Shown here in pieces: positions 1 through 13,610 of a stretch of 64,000 bases of DNA (the first letter of the stretch is position 1; every line of letters begins with the position of its first letter). The DNA is from Botryllus schlosseri. Lineage: Eukaryota. The translations under genes and the position numbers were made by a program. The notes under the pieces were generated by a model that did not search any database, was not told where the DNA came from, and was given only the letters and a program-made list of their open reading frames with translations. The DNA lies in the NCBI GenBank assembly GCA_051294905.1, contig CM119372.1, positions 4,466,001 through 4,530,000 on the forward strand. The letters run 5' to 3'.

Positions 1-744
1 GCATTTCGCTCTAGGGTTATCTAGTTGTCCAAGTCTTGTTCACACTACTGTGGCCCATGTGATGCTACTTCTTGAACGTGTTGTTATCGAGTCTTGTGAC
101 GTCACAACCCGCAACAGCGTAAACAGGGATTTTACAGTCGGATTATTCTGATAACAACTACACCCCATGAATTATTGATTTTGCCTTGAAATACCTGACC
201 GCGGGTGACTAATAAGGTTATTCCAACATGCAGTCTCGAGATTTCGTTATTTTGCTTTCAAGTGTCGTAAATCCGCTGGATTCGGTATTCTAACGCAGGT
301 TTGTGCACCGTTTTAGCACTATAATTCCATCCCTCAAAGTATCCCGATATGGAGATCAATAGCATGCTGTCTTAGTAATGTAATCCATCTTATTAGTTCA
401 TGATCCATCCGATTTTAGAATGCCAATCTACTTAGACGGGTCGATATGTTCTTAAAATATAGAATCATGAATGATACAGTCTTTTAATGCAGAGTTGAAG
501 TGCTGTAAGTAGTTGAACTCGTTATATCATGCTGGATTTCAGTCACGTAAGCTCGCACTTGCATACAATTCTGGCTATGGTATCAGAAACAGCCTTCCTC
601 GTGTCATGCTTTCATATTTTACTAGCTACTAGTGCGACGATCGGAATAAGTTAACGGATATATCATACCCGGTTTTCGGCGAAACGGCTGATTCAGCCAG
701 CGTATATTATCCGATTATCATGTATCTCTTGCGTTGTGTTTCAG

Positions 745-3700
745 TCTGTAAATATGCGGCCCACGAGAGATGCGTCAACCAAGTTCCTTCGACGTGTATC
801 AACACTTACGTTAAATCGACGCGCGAAGCCACGGTAGGAATAGGCTGCAGTGTTTTCTCGGTAGTGGGTTAATTTTTTTTTATTGCCTTTTTTCAGAAAT
901 TGAACCACTTTTGGGTGGAGGGCAACAACGCGGGGCCTTGCGACAAATGCAAGAAGCCTATTAAATGTTATCAAGGTTTAACTGGAACTCACTGTAAATG
1001 GTGTCAAGCCACGGTTAGTATGTGCTAAAATCTGAATGATTTGTGTGTATCTCGATGCGAGTTTTCTTAATATTTCCGCCATTGACAACTATTCTCCATA
1101 TTTTGTTTGTCAGCTTTCCAATCCGGATATCAGCACCATTACAATTATATCGCACCTAATACGGATTAACTGTTAATCTTCTGCGTCAATTCAGATCTGT
1201 GTGCAATCAGGCCCTGGTGCAATTTTGCCAAATAAATCTTTAGATAAATGGTCAGCGCACAGAGGTGATTACTGATCAGTAAAGAAGTACTTCTACTTTT
1301 AGGGGTATTCAAGTAGATTTTGTCTGCCTGTGCTCCTTTCTCGAGTGGTTTTGGTTTTAACTATATCTATTTCTACCAGTAACAACGAACTTTGCCCGCC
1401 TCTGTTAGAGCAAGATGTTGTTTGACGTCACAGTTTCCCTGCATTCACATGACCTTTTTTGTTTGTTCTTATCCTTGTCGATACAATTTCGCCGAGCCTC
1501 TAACTATGAGCGCACAATTCGCGCTGTGACGCGCGCGAGTGTGTTCGTTCTGTTGCAATATCCTACCGAACTCTTTCTGACAATGCGTGAACTTTGTCAA
1601 TGCCTAGGATTCTTGTTCTGTCCTCGATGCGTGTTTTCGCAAGACGGCCTGCATTCAATGTAGAACAAGAAAGGGGTCGGCGTTTATTAGAGTATGGATG
1701 TTATACAATAGCCAGATTGACATCAAAGCCAACGCGTGTGTAGCAAATCTTTACTATGCAGTTGCAAAATCATTATAAGGCTTACATTGTAAATACATGG
1801 GTAGAAAGTAGGCGCGGTTTCTAGAGCTTCTCTGAGGTACAGAACTTCAATACACAATCGAATAATATATTCATATTGAAATAAACCCGAATATTTTCGG
1901 CTGACACTAGTCATGGCCTCATGGGTAATCGTCAGCCACTAGTAGGAAAAAAACATTGTATATCAACAATCGCGTCACCAGCAGTGTAGTTTCAAAATTT
2001 TCACAATGGAGCATGGCATAAAACGGACTGTCGACACTTTCTGGTTCCAAATTCTGCTTTCACACCATTTCCGATGGGTTCAAATGAGTTGAATGCGTAT
2101 AAATGCATCAAATTCATCATAGCGGAGACATATCACAGGGTGAGCTGGGTTCTATTTGCGTCGTCTTGTGGTGATAATCGAAAACAGAAACCACTCTGAC
2201 CCTGTAATAAATCTACATTGATAAATCTACATAAGAACTGGTGTATAAGGCTCGTCTTCACGCATTGTAACGAGCGTGAAAGCTAGATTTTGGGCCAGAA
2301 AGTGCAGTTCACCTGATTTGCACTCTATAGTACGGTGGAAATCGGAGAAATACACGATTTTCGTTTACTGCACTGTATAAAAGTAGTGGTATTTCGGATA
2401 TCTTTTCATTGCATGACGCTTTTGATCGGCTTGGTTTACAACAACATACATTTATTACCGAACAATCGTAGTCTGGCTATCCGCATATTGTGTTACCGCT
2501 TGTGCAATGTACATGTATAGTACGGTCAGTTCGTAGGATATCACGAAGTGATTTACTTCCGATTTCCGTTGCAGTATCACAACAAATGTGCGTCACACAT
2601 TCCGCCAGAATGCGATCTCGGAAAGATGAGACCGCACACGCTACCGCCGACTTGTATATATCCGAGAGTGCTGGTAGGTAGACTTTTTATAGTCGTCGCT
2701 TGCTGTTTTGCTGATTCGGCCGCCATATTTATAACTTGATGGCTTGTATATTATCTGATGACGCCGGCTGGGAGCTTGTTAACATGCTGGTTACAATGTC
2801 AGCGGCGTGGCTGTTTATTGGCGTTTGTGGTGATGAATTTGAACACCAGACTTCATGGATTTTATGCACTTAGTTGTGCAAAGCTTGGCCTTATATCATT
2901 CTAGAATCTAGACCTCCTGTGTGCTCTGAGACACTGGAACGACTCGGCAAAATCATTTTCTTCGCGAATTACTGTTAAAAATAACTCCGTAATGGAGACG
3001 TATTAATCCAGATGGCATTGTGATACCGTTTATAGCACGGGTAAATACCAGCGAGGCCTGTCAATAGAATGTATTGTGCTGAAAATTCGTTGATATTTGA
3101 GTTGATGATGCGCTTGGTATATGGAGGCGAGGCCATGTTGCCGTAACTACGCTTTTTCACGCGTCAAACTTCTAATCCTGGATATTATTTAGTATTTACG
3201 TTACATAGACTTAAATCCGACACGCAATTGCTGTATTTATGTCACTGCTCGGAACTTTTGTTCGTAAAACGTTGCCTTTCCTTCGAAGGTGTCGGTTTAA
3301 TTATACCCGACCTGCTAGTGTGAAAATAATTGAAACAAGGCATTGATTTACAACACGATCCGTTTTCTGAACTTTAGAATCTAAATAACATTGAATTTGA
3401 CTGTTTTCTACTTCTAAATCCTAAAGTAATTCGTATTATATTTCTAACTGCATCGTCATCATGACAATGTGAACGTGGCTTCTCAGTTTTGAAGGAGAGA
3501 CTTGGATTGACGACGAAATGCGGAAATGTTTGTCAACAACGCAACCGCATTTCGTCACATCAGTCGCGTTAACAAGTGGAACTCTATTTTAGGGTATCTT
3601 CTAGTAAAATGTGCTGCGAGGGTCATACCCGTGAGGGTCACATTTGTACCCGTGTATAACGGTCTGTGCAAGGGTGCGAATGCACACCTTTTTATGGCTA

Positions 3701-6700
3701 GGAGTAAGAGTGTACGTGACTGTACGATTATACAGTGCAATACATATAGGGAGTAGCGTGGCGAGTGCGCTATTAAATGGCTTGTTCTACTTCTCAGGAG
3801 CGACACCGGTCTCGCGAGGACAGTTCCAGCGAAGCCGTGGACGAATCAGGTGGGTTGATTACGCGGAACATACCGAAATAGCACAGAATACACGGCCTTT
3901 TATTGCGATTAGAAGCACACCGGCGCCGTATTCCAATCTGCGCACACGTATATACACGACACTGCGACACGTATATGCACCGCATACGCAAATGCGTGAA
4001 TAAAACCGCGGTCTTGCTTTTCTCTTGATTTGTTAGCGCTATCGACCGTGACGTGACGTCATAGTCAGCGTTGTCATCGTCTGTATTACAAACCTGCGTA
4101 AGTTTGTAATTCATAGCGTCTCTCGGCGTTTCGTAGCGATACCGCGACAATGCGGCGTGGAAATTTGAACCGGGCGAAAATAGGACTGACTTGTTGCTTT
4201 GTGTTTGTGTCTATGAGAAAAACGGAAGCGCTAGCATATATAGCACGCGGAAGGTAATCAAGTAATTATAATGGGACGAGAGATGGGCAGTTGGTTTTGA
4301 AACGATTGCGCGCGTCGGGGACAGCAGGATATGACCTTTAATAGTATAATGCACTATGCAATTGATTCTCAAACTTCAAAATATATGTTTCGGACCGGCG
4401 AACCTTCAAGAACCGAAATTCACCCAAATTTTATTTCCGACAAATGCGTGCAGCTGAAATGTGATATTGAAAACTGCGGATCATGATGTATTCTTGATAC
4501 TAGATATTAATACGTGGTTTCGCTTGGATTTTCTGCTAGGCGAAGCTCGCGAAGTCCCGTTAAAGACCGCTAACCTGATTGCCATTGTTCGGTGTCCTTT
4601 GGCAGAAATGTGACGCAGCCAAGTGCAGCTTAATTGCACGGTCCGAATTTAACGAAGTTTGTTCAAATGTCCCCGTAGCATTCGCGTATAACTATTCCGA
4701 AACGAGTTGCTGGCTACTTTCATACAATTTGTTGGCACACTTGCACCATTGCGACTTGGGAAGGACGCCCAATCGAGCTCTGTATTGCGACAACATACAC
4801 AAATACGTTCCACGCAAATGCACGCTCCGCGATTTGATACTTTGGTGCACTGGATGATCTCGATTCGTCATGACCGTAAATGCGTCAGATTGTCCACTGT
4901 CCATACGTCACCGCTTCCTAATTGCGCCTCTCAAAACCGCGTGGTTTTACGAGTCCCGCGCGCCTAGTTTTATTACCGCTGTATACCGCACTGTTAGCCG
5001 ACCGCGTTTACGTGAGCAGCCGCTTGCTTGTTGCACGTGTTTTGAAATTGAATGATGTATACATCGAAATAAACACGGATATTTTCGGCTGACACTCGTC
5101 GGGGGTAATCGTCAGTAATCTGTACAGAATTGAATATACGATGTTCTTTCCGATTCTCTACTAGTTGCTGACGATTGCCCCTGACGAGTGTCGGCCGTAT
5201 TTCAATACGAACACACTATCAAATAACATACTGAAGCTCTATCTGCAACTTGAACAGTCTGATCAATTTCTTAATTACTTTTTCGCGCAGGCGCAAAGGT
5301 CAACATGAAGAGAATGAACTCGATGAGCCTGGACGGGCAAGGTCTCATTATCAGCCCTCTCGCGGGCACGCAGCCCCTGCTCGTGTTTATCAACCCCAAA
5401 AGCGGAGGGAAACAAGGCGTGAGGTGGGTGAGGTCGTGTTGCGAGCTCGACACAACGGTTCGGAGCGTCGTACATGGTCGAACGGCAGTGCCCCCTCATT
5501 GTATGATTGAATTTTTTGCCCGTTTTGAACCACGGTATAGATTATTATAGAACGAACACTGATTGCGTCTCGTTTGACAATAGTGGTTTACTAGGAGATG
5601 TCGGTACCGAAGTACTATAAGTTTTTCCCAACTTGCTCTACTGAAGTGGTTATGTTTTATACTATATCTTATTAACAGATCTTCAGACTTTTTTACTTTG
5701 GATTTTATGAAGTAGTAAGTGGTTTTGCGATAATCCCTTGTCTGTATTATGAGTGAAACTGTCCTGCCTGCTGGGCGATAGAGCCCCGGTACCGCCGTGT
5801 CTGTATGTAGTTTCGTAAATTGCACATATTTGATTTTGATCATCATTTCTTTGGCGCTAAAACGCACCCAGCATCTTCGGAAGAGGCAACCTACGATTAT
5901 CTGATCAACCTAACGGAGGAGTATCTCTGAAACTACTTTTCGTATCATCATTTTCGACTTTTACTGAGAAGTAGTTTCAACATGTCCCGTAAATACTATT
6001 TCTACATGTAATTGAGTAGATATGTTCTGCGTTTACTTGAGTCACAACGCCGACTACTTTCACCGCCTCTTGAGTTTGCGCATGCGAGATATACACTCTC
6101 GCGTTAGCTCTACTATAACTATGTATCTTCCGCTATCAGATTACTGCGGAAAATGCAGCACCTCCTCAATCCGCGCCAGGTCTACGACTTGACGAAAGGC
6201 GGGCCCACGCCCGGCCTCAACTTCTTCCGGGAGCTGAAAAACTTTCGCGTTCTATGCTGCGGCGGCGACGGAACCGTGGGATGGGTCCTGGACTCAATCG
6301 GTGGGTAAAGTGCGGGAGTCGAAACGTGGGCGCCGCATGACGGGTACTTGTCAAGACCGAAGCTATAATTCTAATTTATTTGATACTTGCACCCGTTGAA
6401 ATGGGTGTAAACGCAAAATTGTGTATCACCAATTGCCTTTAGCATAATCGCGGCCTGCGCTATTGGCGGAAATGGTCGAGGTACACGATTCCCGTTTTCG
6501 GTGTTGATTTTGTGACAGCTGTCCCCTGGATTTTTGTGTTGAAAGTGTAAAGTTCTGCGAATTTGCATAGAGTATCCGTAGTGACGCGATAAGCTAGGCG
6601 CGGCCGCCGCGATTGCACGCGAATTCGTTTTATAGATTTCAACTTGGCGCGGTTGATTTATTGCTCATAAAACCTGAATTGCGTGTATGCAGACAAAAGC

Positions 6701-9700
6701 GGCATCACGAACCGACCTCCTGTCGCGATATTACCACTCGGAACCGGAAACGACCTCGCCAGATGTCTTCAGTGGGGAGGAGGTACGAATCTGGGCCTAA
6801 TTCTAATCTAATTTGTGTGAAATATTTCTATGCTCATTCTGCTTTCTGGTTCTGGAACTGTATAATGCGAAACGAGCCAGGCTTGCTGTGTACAGACACT
6901 TGCTATTCTCATGTTAGTGAGAATGAACTATTGTTTGATAAGCCGATTAGCCGATGTCCAAGTTATCGGGAATCCAGAAACTCTAATCCTTGTCAAATTT
7001 GGAAAGAGCTGTGGAGCTATAATTCTAATTTTAATGGAATTTGGGAAAAAAATCTTTATCTACAGCAGTTTTAATTCTAATACAATTTCGAAAAAGTCTG
7101 AATCTAATCTCGCTGATATGGCCTGCAGGTTACGAGGGCGGCAGCGTGATGAAATGCCTGCAGCAGATCGAGGCCAGCCAGACCGTGATGATGGACCGGT
7201 GGAATCTCCGGGTCGATCCGACTCCGGACACGGAGGAGAAGGGAGATCCGGTTCCGTTGAACATCATGAACAATTACTTCTCCATCGGCGTGGTGCGTAT
7301 TCGCTGTACACAAAGCTCGGCTGGTTTAGCTCTATACAGCTATCTTGTAGCATTTTCAGGAAAACGAGAAATTAGATTAGAATTAAAATTAGAGCATTGA
7401 AAAATTTCGCAAATTAGATTAGAATTACATCATCGGCATTTCGCTCTTAACTGATGTAACTAGCCAACGAGAATTGTTCAATTGTCGAAGTCGTGGTGAA
7501 ATGGGCTCGATACGCACCAACTCTTATTGAGATACATCACATGGTGAGAGTGGGTTCTGTATTCGCGTGCCACCCCAAGCCAAGAAGTTCAAAAGGTTAT
7601 AAACGTAAATTTTATTTGTATTTCGCGGCATTGATTTTACGCTCGCTGATCGCCGAGGGTTTACGTTCGCGTTAGTTCCGCCGCGGTCGGCGTTCCCGAG
7701 AAAATATTTGATTTGCGGAGGGTATTTTTAGACGGGCGGTGATTAAAATTTGATTTCGAGAGTAATTTCGTTTCACGCCGCGGATATTGAGTGCCCGGTG
7801 ACGCGTTTGATGTTAGTCACGGCGCTAATGCTTATCGAGTGGATGCTTAGCGTCGTATTAAAACAGGATGTTGTTGCGGCCATTTTTGAACGTATCGTTT
7901 TTAAATTAAATATACAAGCCGTGAAAATCTAAACGATGTTCGGGACAGTTGATGACGCGTTAGTCATCGATTTTTCTTCCAAGAAAATATTTGAGAGCTT
8001 CTTGGAGGTACAGAATTCAATATACAATTGAAGAATATATTCATACTGAAATAAACTCTGATATTTTCGGCTGGCGCTCATCAGGGATAATCGCCAGCAA
8101 CTGGTGCAGAATTGGAAAGAACATTGTATATCAACAATCGTATCACTAAACACAATATTTTTGTCTGACAGTTTTCAGCGGCTAATAGAGACTTGTTGAT
8201 ATACAACGTTCTTTCCCATTCTCTACTATGGTAGCTGACGATAGAAAATCCCTGGCGAGTGTCAGATGACAATATTCGGGTGTATTTCAATATGAATATG
8301 TTATTCAATTGTGTATACAAATGTCGGGGGCACGAACTTAAATGTACATAATGAACATTACGCAGTGAATATCTTGTTAAAATGTATGTTTTTCTTCGCG
8401 CTGACCGCCTGTTTTCATTAAGGACGCGATGATCTGCCGGAAATTTCACGTTATGCGGGAAAAGCACCCTGAAAAGTTCAACAGCCGAATGAAGAACAAG
8501 CTCTGGTATTTCGAGTTCGGCACGTCCGAGACGTTCGCCGCCTCCTGCAAAAAGCTTCACGAAAGCCTCAAGATCAAGGTAATGGTTTCGCGATTCTTAT
8601 AATTCATCGACAGAGGTCAAATTATTGTCGCTCGACAACTAATTACGAAACTATTTCAGGTCGACGGGAAAGAAATCGACCTCCAAAACGGGCAGAGATT
8701 TCAGGGCATCGCGGTGCTCAACATTCCGAGCGTGTACGGCGGCACGAATCTCTGGGGCACGACCAAGAAGCGTAAGAAGAAGCTTGCCCTTCCCGCCTCG
8801 GGTTCAAACAAAGAAGAGTTTGATATCAAGTACGCCGGGCAAGGTATGGTGATGTCTTCGGTTGCATTCAATATACATTTCCAGACAGGGATAATACGTT
8901 AGGTTTGTTGTTGTTAGGTTTGTTGAGACACTTGGACGGGGTTATGTAAATCTGCATCGCGACTTGGAATTTTAAATGCGCTATAAGCGAAAATCGTAAT
9001 TTCACACCCATTTCGATTGGTGTAAATCAATAACCAACAGTTAATTGTCGTAAGCACGAGAATGCCGAATGTCTGTACAGCAAGCTTGGCTCGTTTGGCA
9101 CTATACAATTCTCCTGTATCATTTTCAGGAAAACGAGAATTAGATTGGAAATGAGACTAGAGTATAGAAATATTTCACAAATTAGATTAGAATTAGATTA
9201 CCATCGTTTAGATTTAATTAGTCTAATTATTCAACTAAAATTATCTAAAGTTGTCTGAGTCTGGCGTGATGGCTATTCGGCGAAACATTCATTTCGTTAT
9301 TGGTTGCAGAAGAATGATTATCAAATACCTCGTGGGTGTCGGCTCGGTTTCATTTGTATTTGTATTTGAATAAACACCGCCCGACGCTATTTATATCGCC
9401 TGTGACGTGTGCTGCTGCAACAGAATTTCCATTTACCACCAGCAGCGTTGTTTATTCGACATCCGGTTATTGTGAACATAACCCATACGACGTCTCGCGA
9501 GTTGATTCGTGTAAATCCAACGCAAGTACAGCGCTTTCCATACCCGTAACGTTTTCTTCGCGAACTCGACCGGCTATTCGATAATATTGATAGTTTGGTT
9601 AAAAAGCTCCTGCGTGCCAAATTCGGTTCAATTCCAAAAGAATAGTATTCAAGGTGTGAAAGTCTAAAATTCTCAATTGGCAACTACCCACCGTAAATAC

Positions 9701-11947
9701 TATTATTTAAAATCCAAAATTTTGAACGCCATTAACTTCGGTTCTACCCGAGTATAGCCTAGCTTCTAGACGCTGGAATTGAGCCAAATTTGGTGTGCAG
9801 CGCTTTTTAGCCAACCTAACAATTCTGTCAAATACCCGGATAACTTTAAAGAAATAAGATATTTGTGAACAATGCTAATATACAGTATTGACATTTTAAT
9901 AATATGCGTAATCGTCAATCCGTGTTTATATTATAATCGACCGTTGTTTTCCAGGCATGGGCGATAAGTTTTTGGAAGTGGTCGGAGTGGTTGGCGCCAT
10001 GGAGGTGGGCCAGATTATGGCCGGTCTGAGAGCCGGCAACCGACTCGCGCAGGGACAGGTCATCGAAATCAGGTAGGTTTCGTTTATCTCTGTGGAATAG
10101 TCTAATCACACACAGTACAAGCTACCGTTATATAAATGTGTATTTCACGATATAGCGTAAGGTGTAGCCTAAATCAGGGGAACTTCAATTTCTAGTAAAT
10201 GGAGACCTCTACTTACTTACCAACTTGTATTTACATCTGATTGCCTCTTTTCCTGGTCAGCCGCGATAGTATTCTGATTGGTTTGTTATTCTGCAGTACG
10301 ACGAAGCTGTTTCCGATGCAAGTCGACGGCGAGCCGTGGATGCAAGTTCCTTGCAAGGTGATTGTTTTGCATATTTGGTGATGCGATTGTTGATATACAA
10401 TGTTCTTTCCTATTCTTTACTAGTTGCTGACGAGCGTCGGCCGATAATATTCAGACTTATCTCAAAATGAATATACCATTCCATTGTATGTTGAAGTTCT
10501 GTACCTCCGAAAAGCTCTTCAAAGTTCTTTATAACGCAACGGCCGATGCGTGGCCTGATAAATATTTAATAAATATCCGACTCTATCGGATTTATACTTT
10601 TGCGCGTAAGCCAACCAAGGCGATTGAAACGGCTGCTCAAATCGATGGCGAACTAAATAAGGAAAACCAGCTACAAAATCTCGCCACCTGCTCCGTCTCT
10701 TGAGGCGCAGGGGCGTTAATCCCCGTTGAAAGCGCACTCATCTTCCTTGATGAGTTTGATAAGGCGCATACCTTAGATATGACCAAACCCGGTCGCATTG
10801 ACTTCCAGTAATTGTGTACTGGTTGTCGGAGTTTCATAATTTTTGATGACCTTGCGTGCGAACCGGACTTGTGTAATGTAAACTGCTGGACTTTTAAAAT
10901 TCGCAACTACAACTAGAGCTGTGAACTTCTCGCACATTTTACAATGTGCAACTTTAACTCCTCACTGCTCAAAAGTTGCAGCTACAACTAGTACTACTCC
11001 CTTTTCAAAAGTCGGAACTATGGAACTAAAACTACTCGCTTTTGAAAATCTGCAACTAGAACTAGAACTACTAACTTTTCAAATGTTGTTACCAGAACTA
11101 GAACTAGAACTACTCGGTTTTCAAAAGTAGCAACTAGAACTACCCACTTTTAAAAAGTCGTAACTGAAACTAGAACTACTCACTTATAAACTGCGCAACT
11201 AGTACCTGAACTAAAACTTTTGAAAATCCGCAACTAGAACTATACTAATAAACCGATAGTTAGCTGAATGCAGGGTTGTAACCAAGTCACAAGGTTCCGA
11301 GTCACAAGTCAATATCACTTTTATTGTTTTGACTCGAGTCAAATCGAGTCATTTTCAATTCACCCTCGAGTCAAGTCCGAGTCCAAGTCATTGAGCTGAG
11401 GGTCGCATGTATATTATTATAATTTTCCTCACTTTTAGCAGTTTCTGGTCGCATTTTCAAGTACCAGTACTAATCGGGCGAAATCAAAGTGGGGTGGTTA
11501 CTTCACAATTCTTCGAAATTACGATGAAATGTCGGTCTTAGCCGTCTCAGTCTCGAGTCAATGACTTGGTTCGAGTCATGCGCAATGACTCGAGTCCAAG
11601 TCGAGTCAATAGACAGATTGACTCGAGTCGAGTCGAGTCATTTCAGTATTTTTTTAAAATGACTCGAGTCAAGTCGGGTCATCAGGAAATCGTGACTCAA
11701 TCGGACTCGAGTCGAGTCATGACTCGAGTCATTACAACCCTGGCTGAATGTGAACTAACTAAATTGGTAGTTTGTACATGTACAATGTACATGTATGGTG
11801 CGAAGACTGAAATAAACCGCCTTCTCTCTATTTCAGATCGAGATCAACCACAAGAACCAGGTACCCATGCTGATGGCGTCGCCCTCCCAGCATTCTTCAA
11901 TATGGTCGTGTTTCGGGCGCAATAAGACTGTGTGCGAAGACGCGTGA
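745..11947 (+). CDS. DGKB: Diacylglycerol kinase, type I (DGK alpha/beta/gamma-like), 5'-partial, 13 coding exons visible
   Basis: GT-AG exons with consistent phases: 745-833, 897-1013, 2575-2673, 3798-3849, 5291-5423, 6140-6300, 6693-6782, 7129-7292, 8423-8578, 8660-8843, 9955-10072, 10297-10357, 11837-11947 (TGA). C1 domains (CKYAAHERC..., [36 protein letters not shown]). Catalytic motifs [37 protein letters not shown]. Accessory domain [56 protein letters not shown]. The symbol is approximate: probably a co-orthologue of DGKA/B/G. Confidence 0.95.
7992..8320. mobile_element. Hammerhead-bearing dispersed repeat (Penelope-like/retrozyme-like fragment), inverted pair
   Basis: Consensus gattgttgatatacaatgttctttcc..ttctctactagttgctgacgattacccctgacgagtgtcagccgaaaatattcgggtttatttcaatatgaatat...gaagttctgtacctccaagaagctcttc. 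Other copies at about 1822-1975 (-), 5055-5240 (inverted pair), 10380-10522 (+), 21083-21237 (+), 33165-33210 (-), 45085-45170 (+), 52635-52660 (+), 61450-61622 (inverted pair). Confidence 0.7.
8056..8098 (-). ncRNA. Hammerhead-like motif copy with canonical CUGAUGA core
   Basis: Minus strand reads GCTGGCG-attatcc-CTGATGA-G-cgccagc-C-GAAA-atat-cagag. The cleavage site and stem I are degenerate. Confidence 0.5.
11271..11742. mobile_element. hAT-type MITE rich in GACTCGAGTC subterminal palindromes
   Basis: TIR CAGGGTTGTAA...TTACAACCCTG, perfect TSD GCTGAATG. Inserted into an (ACTAGA/ACT)-rich repeat spanning about 10900-11775. Other copies at about 49634-50312 (reverse), 52825-53281 and 58115-58569. 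Confidence 0.92.
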
Positions 11948-13610
11948 TGTGGCGACACCGCAGTAAATCCTACCGTTTGCACCTCGCCGCGTACAGACAC
12001 ACACGGTGTCTTTTTCGGATAATTCTTCAACGTGTCTTTTTGTGACATTCCCGGTATATTACGTATTTTAGCGCCGTGTAGCAACGCAGCGTGTTTTCGG
12101 CGTCCGACACTCGCTTGTTCGACGGAAGCCGCTTGTGGGATGATGTAAACGCGCGTCGCTACGATAACTTTTTACGCCCCGTCAACAGATTTGCGTGTTC
12201 TGCTGTTTAGTGTCAACCATGTTGTTTTAAAGTGTTGGTCTGGAACATGAAGCCATGTTTATATGGAATGGTCAAACTGGTTTTGTGAACCTTGAATTTT
12301 TGCTCCAATTTTTATTTTCAAGTTTGACTAAGTATTCGATAACTGCATTGGAGCTATACCATTCAAGTTTTGTATCTCCGACTAGCTCTTCAAATCCATT
12401 GGCGATGTTTTGTGTGAATATCAAGTTGATGTTTCAAAACTGTCGCATAGTTCATAACATAATATTTCTGTACACCTTCCCCAAATGCTTGTTATGGGTT
12501 GTATCGGTATCAGCTTAAAATACGACATGGATCGGGCTCTATCCATCACAACAGTAGGTACGGGGTCGGGCTACGCGGGTGACTCTATATAGTTCGCGGT
12601 GGTGTTTTGTTACATCTCACTGACTAAAATAGACACCCAACTTCCCATTGAAATATTTCACAAAGCCACTTTCATCCTATACAGAGGATGGACTTGTGTT
12701 TAGCAATTGCCTGCATTTTCGACGGTATTGCGACAATACGATTTTCGGAGTGTTATGTTCTTACGGCGTTCATACGACGCGGAGCGTTCCTGCGTTTTAT
12801 CTCTCGTGTGTGTTTTTGGTCCTTTTTGAACGATATGCATTTCCGTTTTTGTTCGTGTTTCAATCTATTCTCGTTTTCCTTCCATCCGATTTGTCTATTC
12901 GCCCCGAGATTTCCTATATCTTTGCGATCGATCAAAGTTTCTGTTCCGTTGAATTGAGAAGCGAGGATACTATGTTTCTGAATATACTGTACGACTGAGA
13001 AGGCTTGGGCAGTTTCGTATGGGTGGGTCTAAGGTAGGGGCAGGCATCTGTTTGATGCTGGCAAGTTAGGGGTGGTGTGTGCGTATGAATACAATCTGTT
13101 ACCACTGACTTCTGGCAATCATTTGACGGATAATGATCCGGATGTAGGATTGGTGGCTATGTCTATAGAGTGAGATAGTGTAGTCCGTAGTGGTACGCTG
13201 GCTGCAACAGTATAGTTTGCTAGTTCGGGTCCCGCCGACTCCAGAACTCCTGCCAAAGTGTTGGAAGTATATCTAAGCTCCTTACCATATGATCCGCGGA
13301 GGTGCCGTCTTAAAAAAGCTTAAAACTTCGTCGGCACATCAGGGACCATGAAAAAGCATTAGCGGCATCGAGAGGTGGTAAAAGTAGTCAGTATTGCCAC
13401 CCGGCCATATTACAAGTGAGAAGTAGTTTTGTCCTCTAAACTACTGTGAGTTGAAGTAGGAAATGTAAGGTTCAATAAGTTCCCAGGTGAGTAGTTGTTA
13501 GATTTGGTTGCGGGTTCGCATACTTTTGGCAGCTAATTAGCTGCGCGTACTGTCGAGATAGCGAGATGGATCTTCGCTATACTAATGCTAAATGACGAAT
13601 GACGCTAGAT

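Noticed and set aside
11566..11925. 119-aa ORF with SSRV repeats
   Set aside because: Derived from GACTCGAGTC palindromes of a MITE and overlaps the last DGK exon in the wrong frame.
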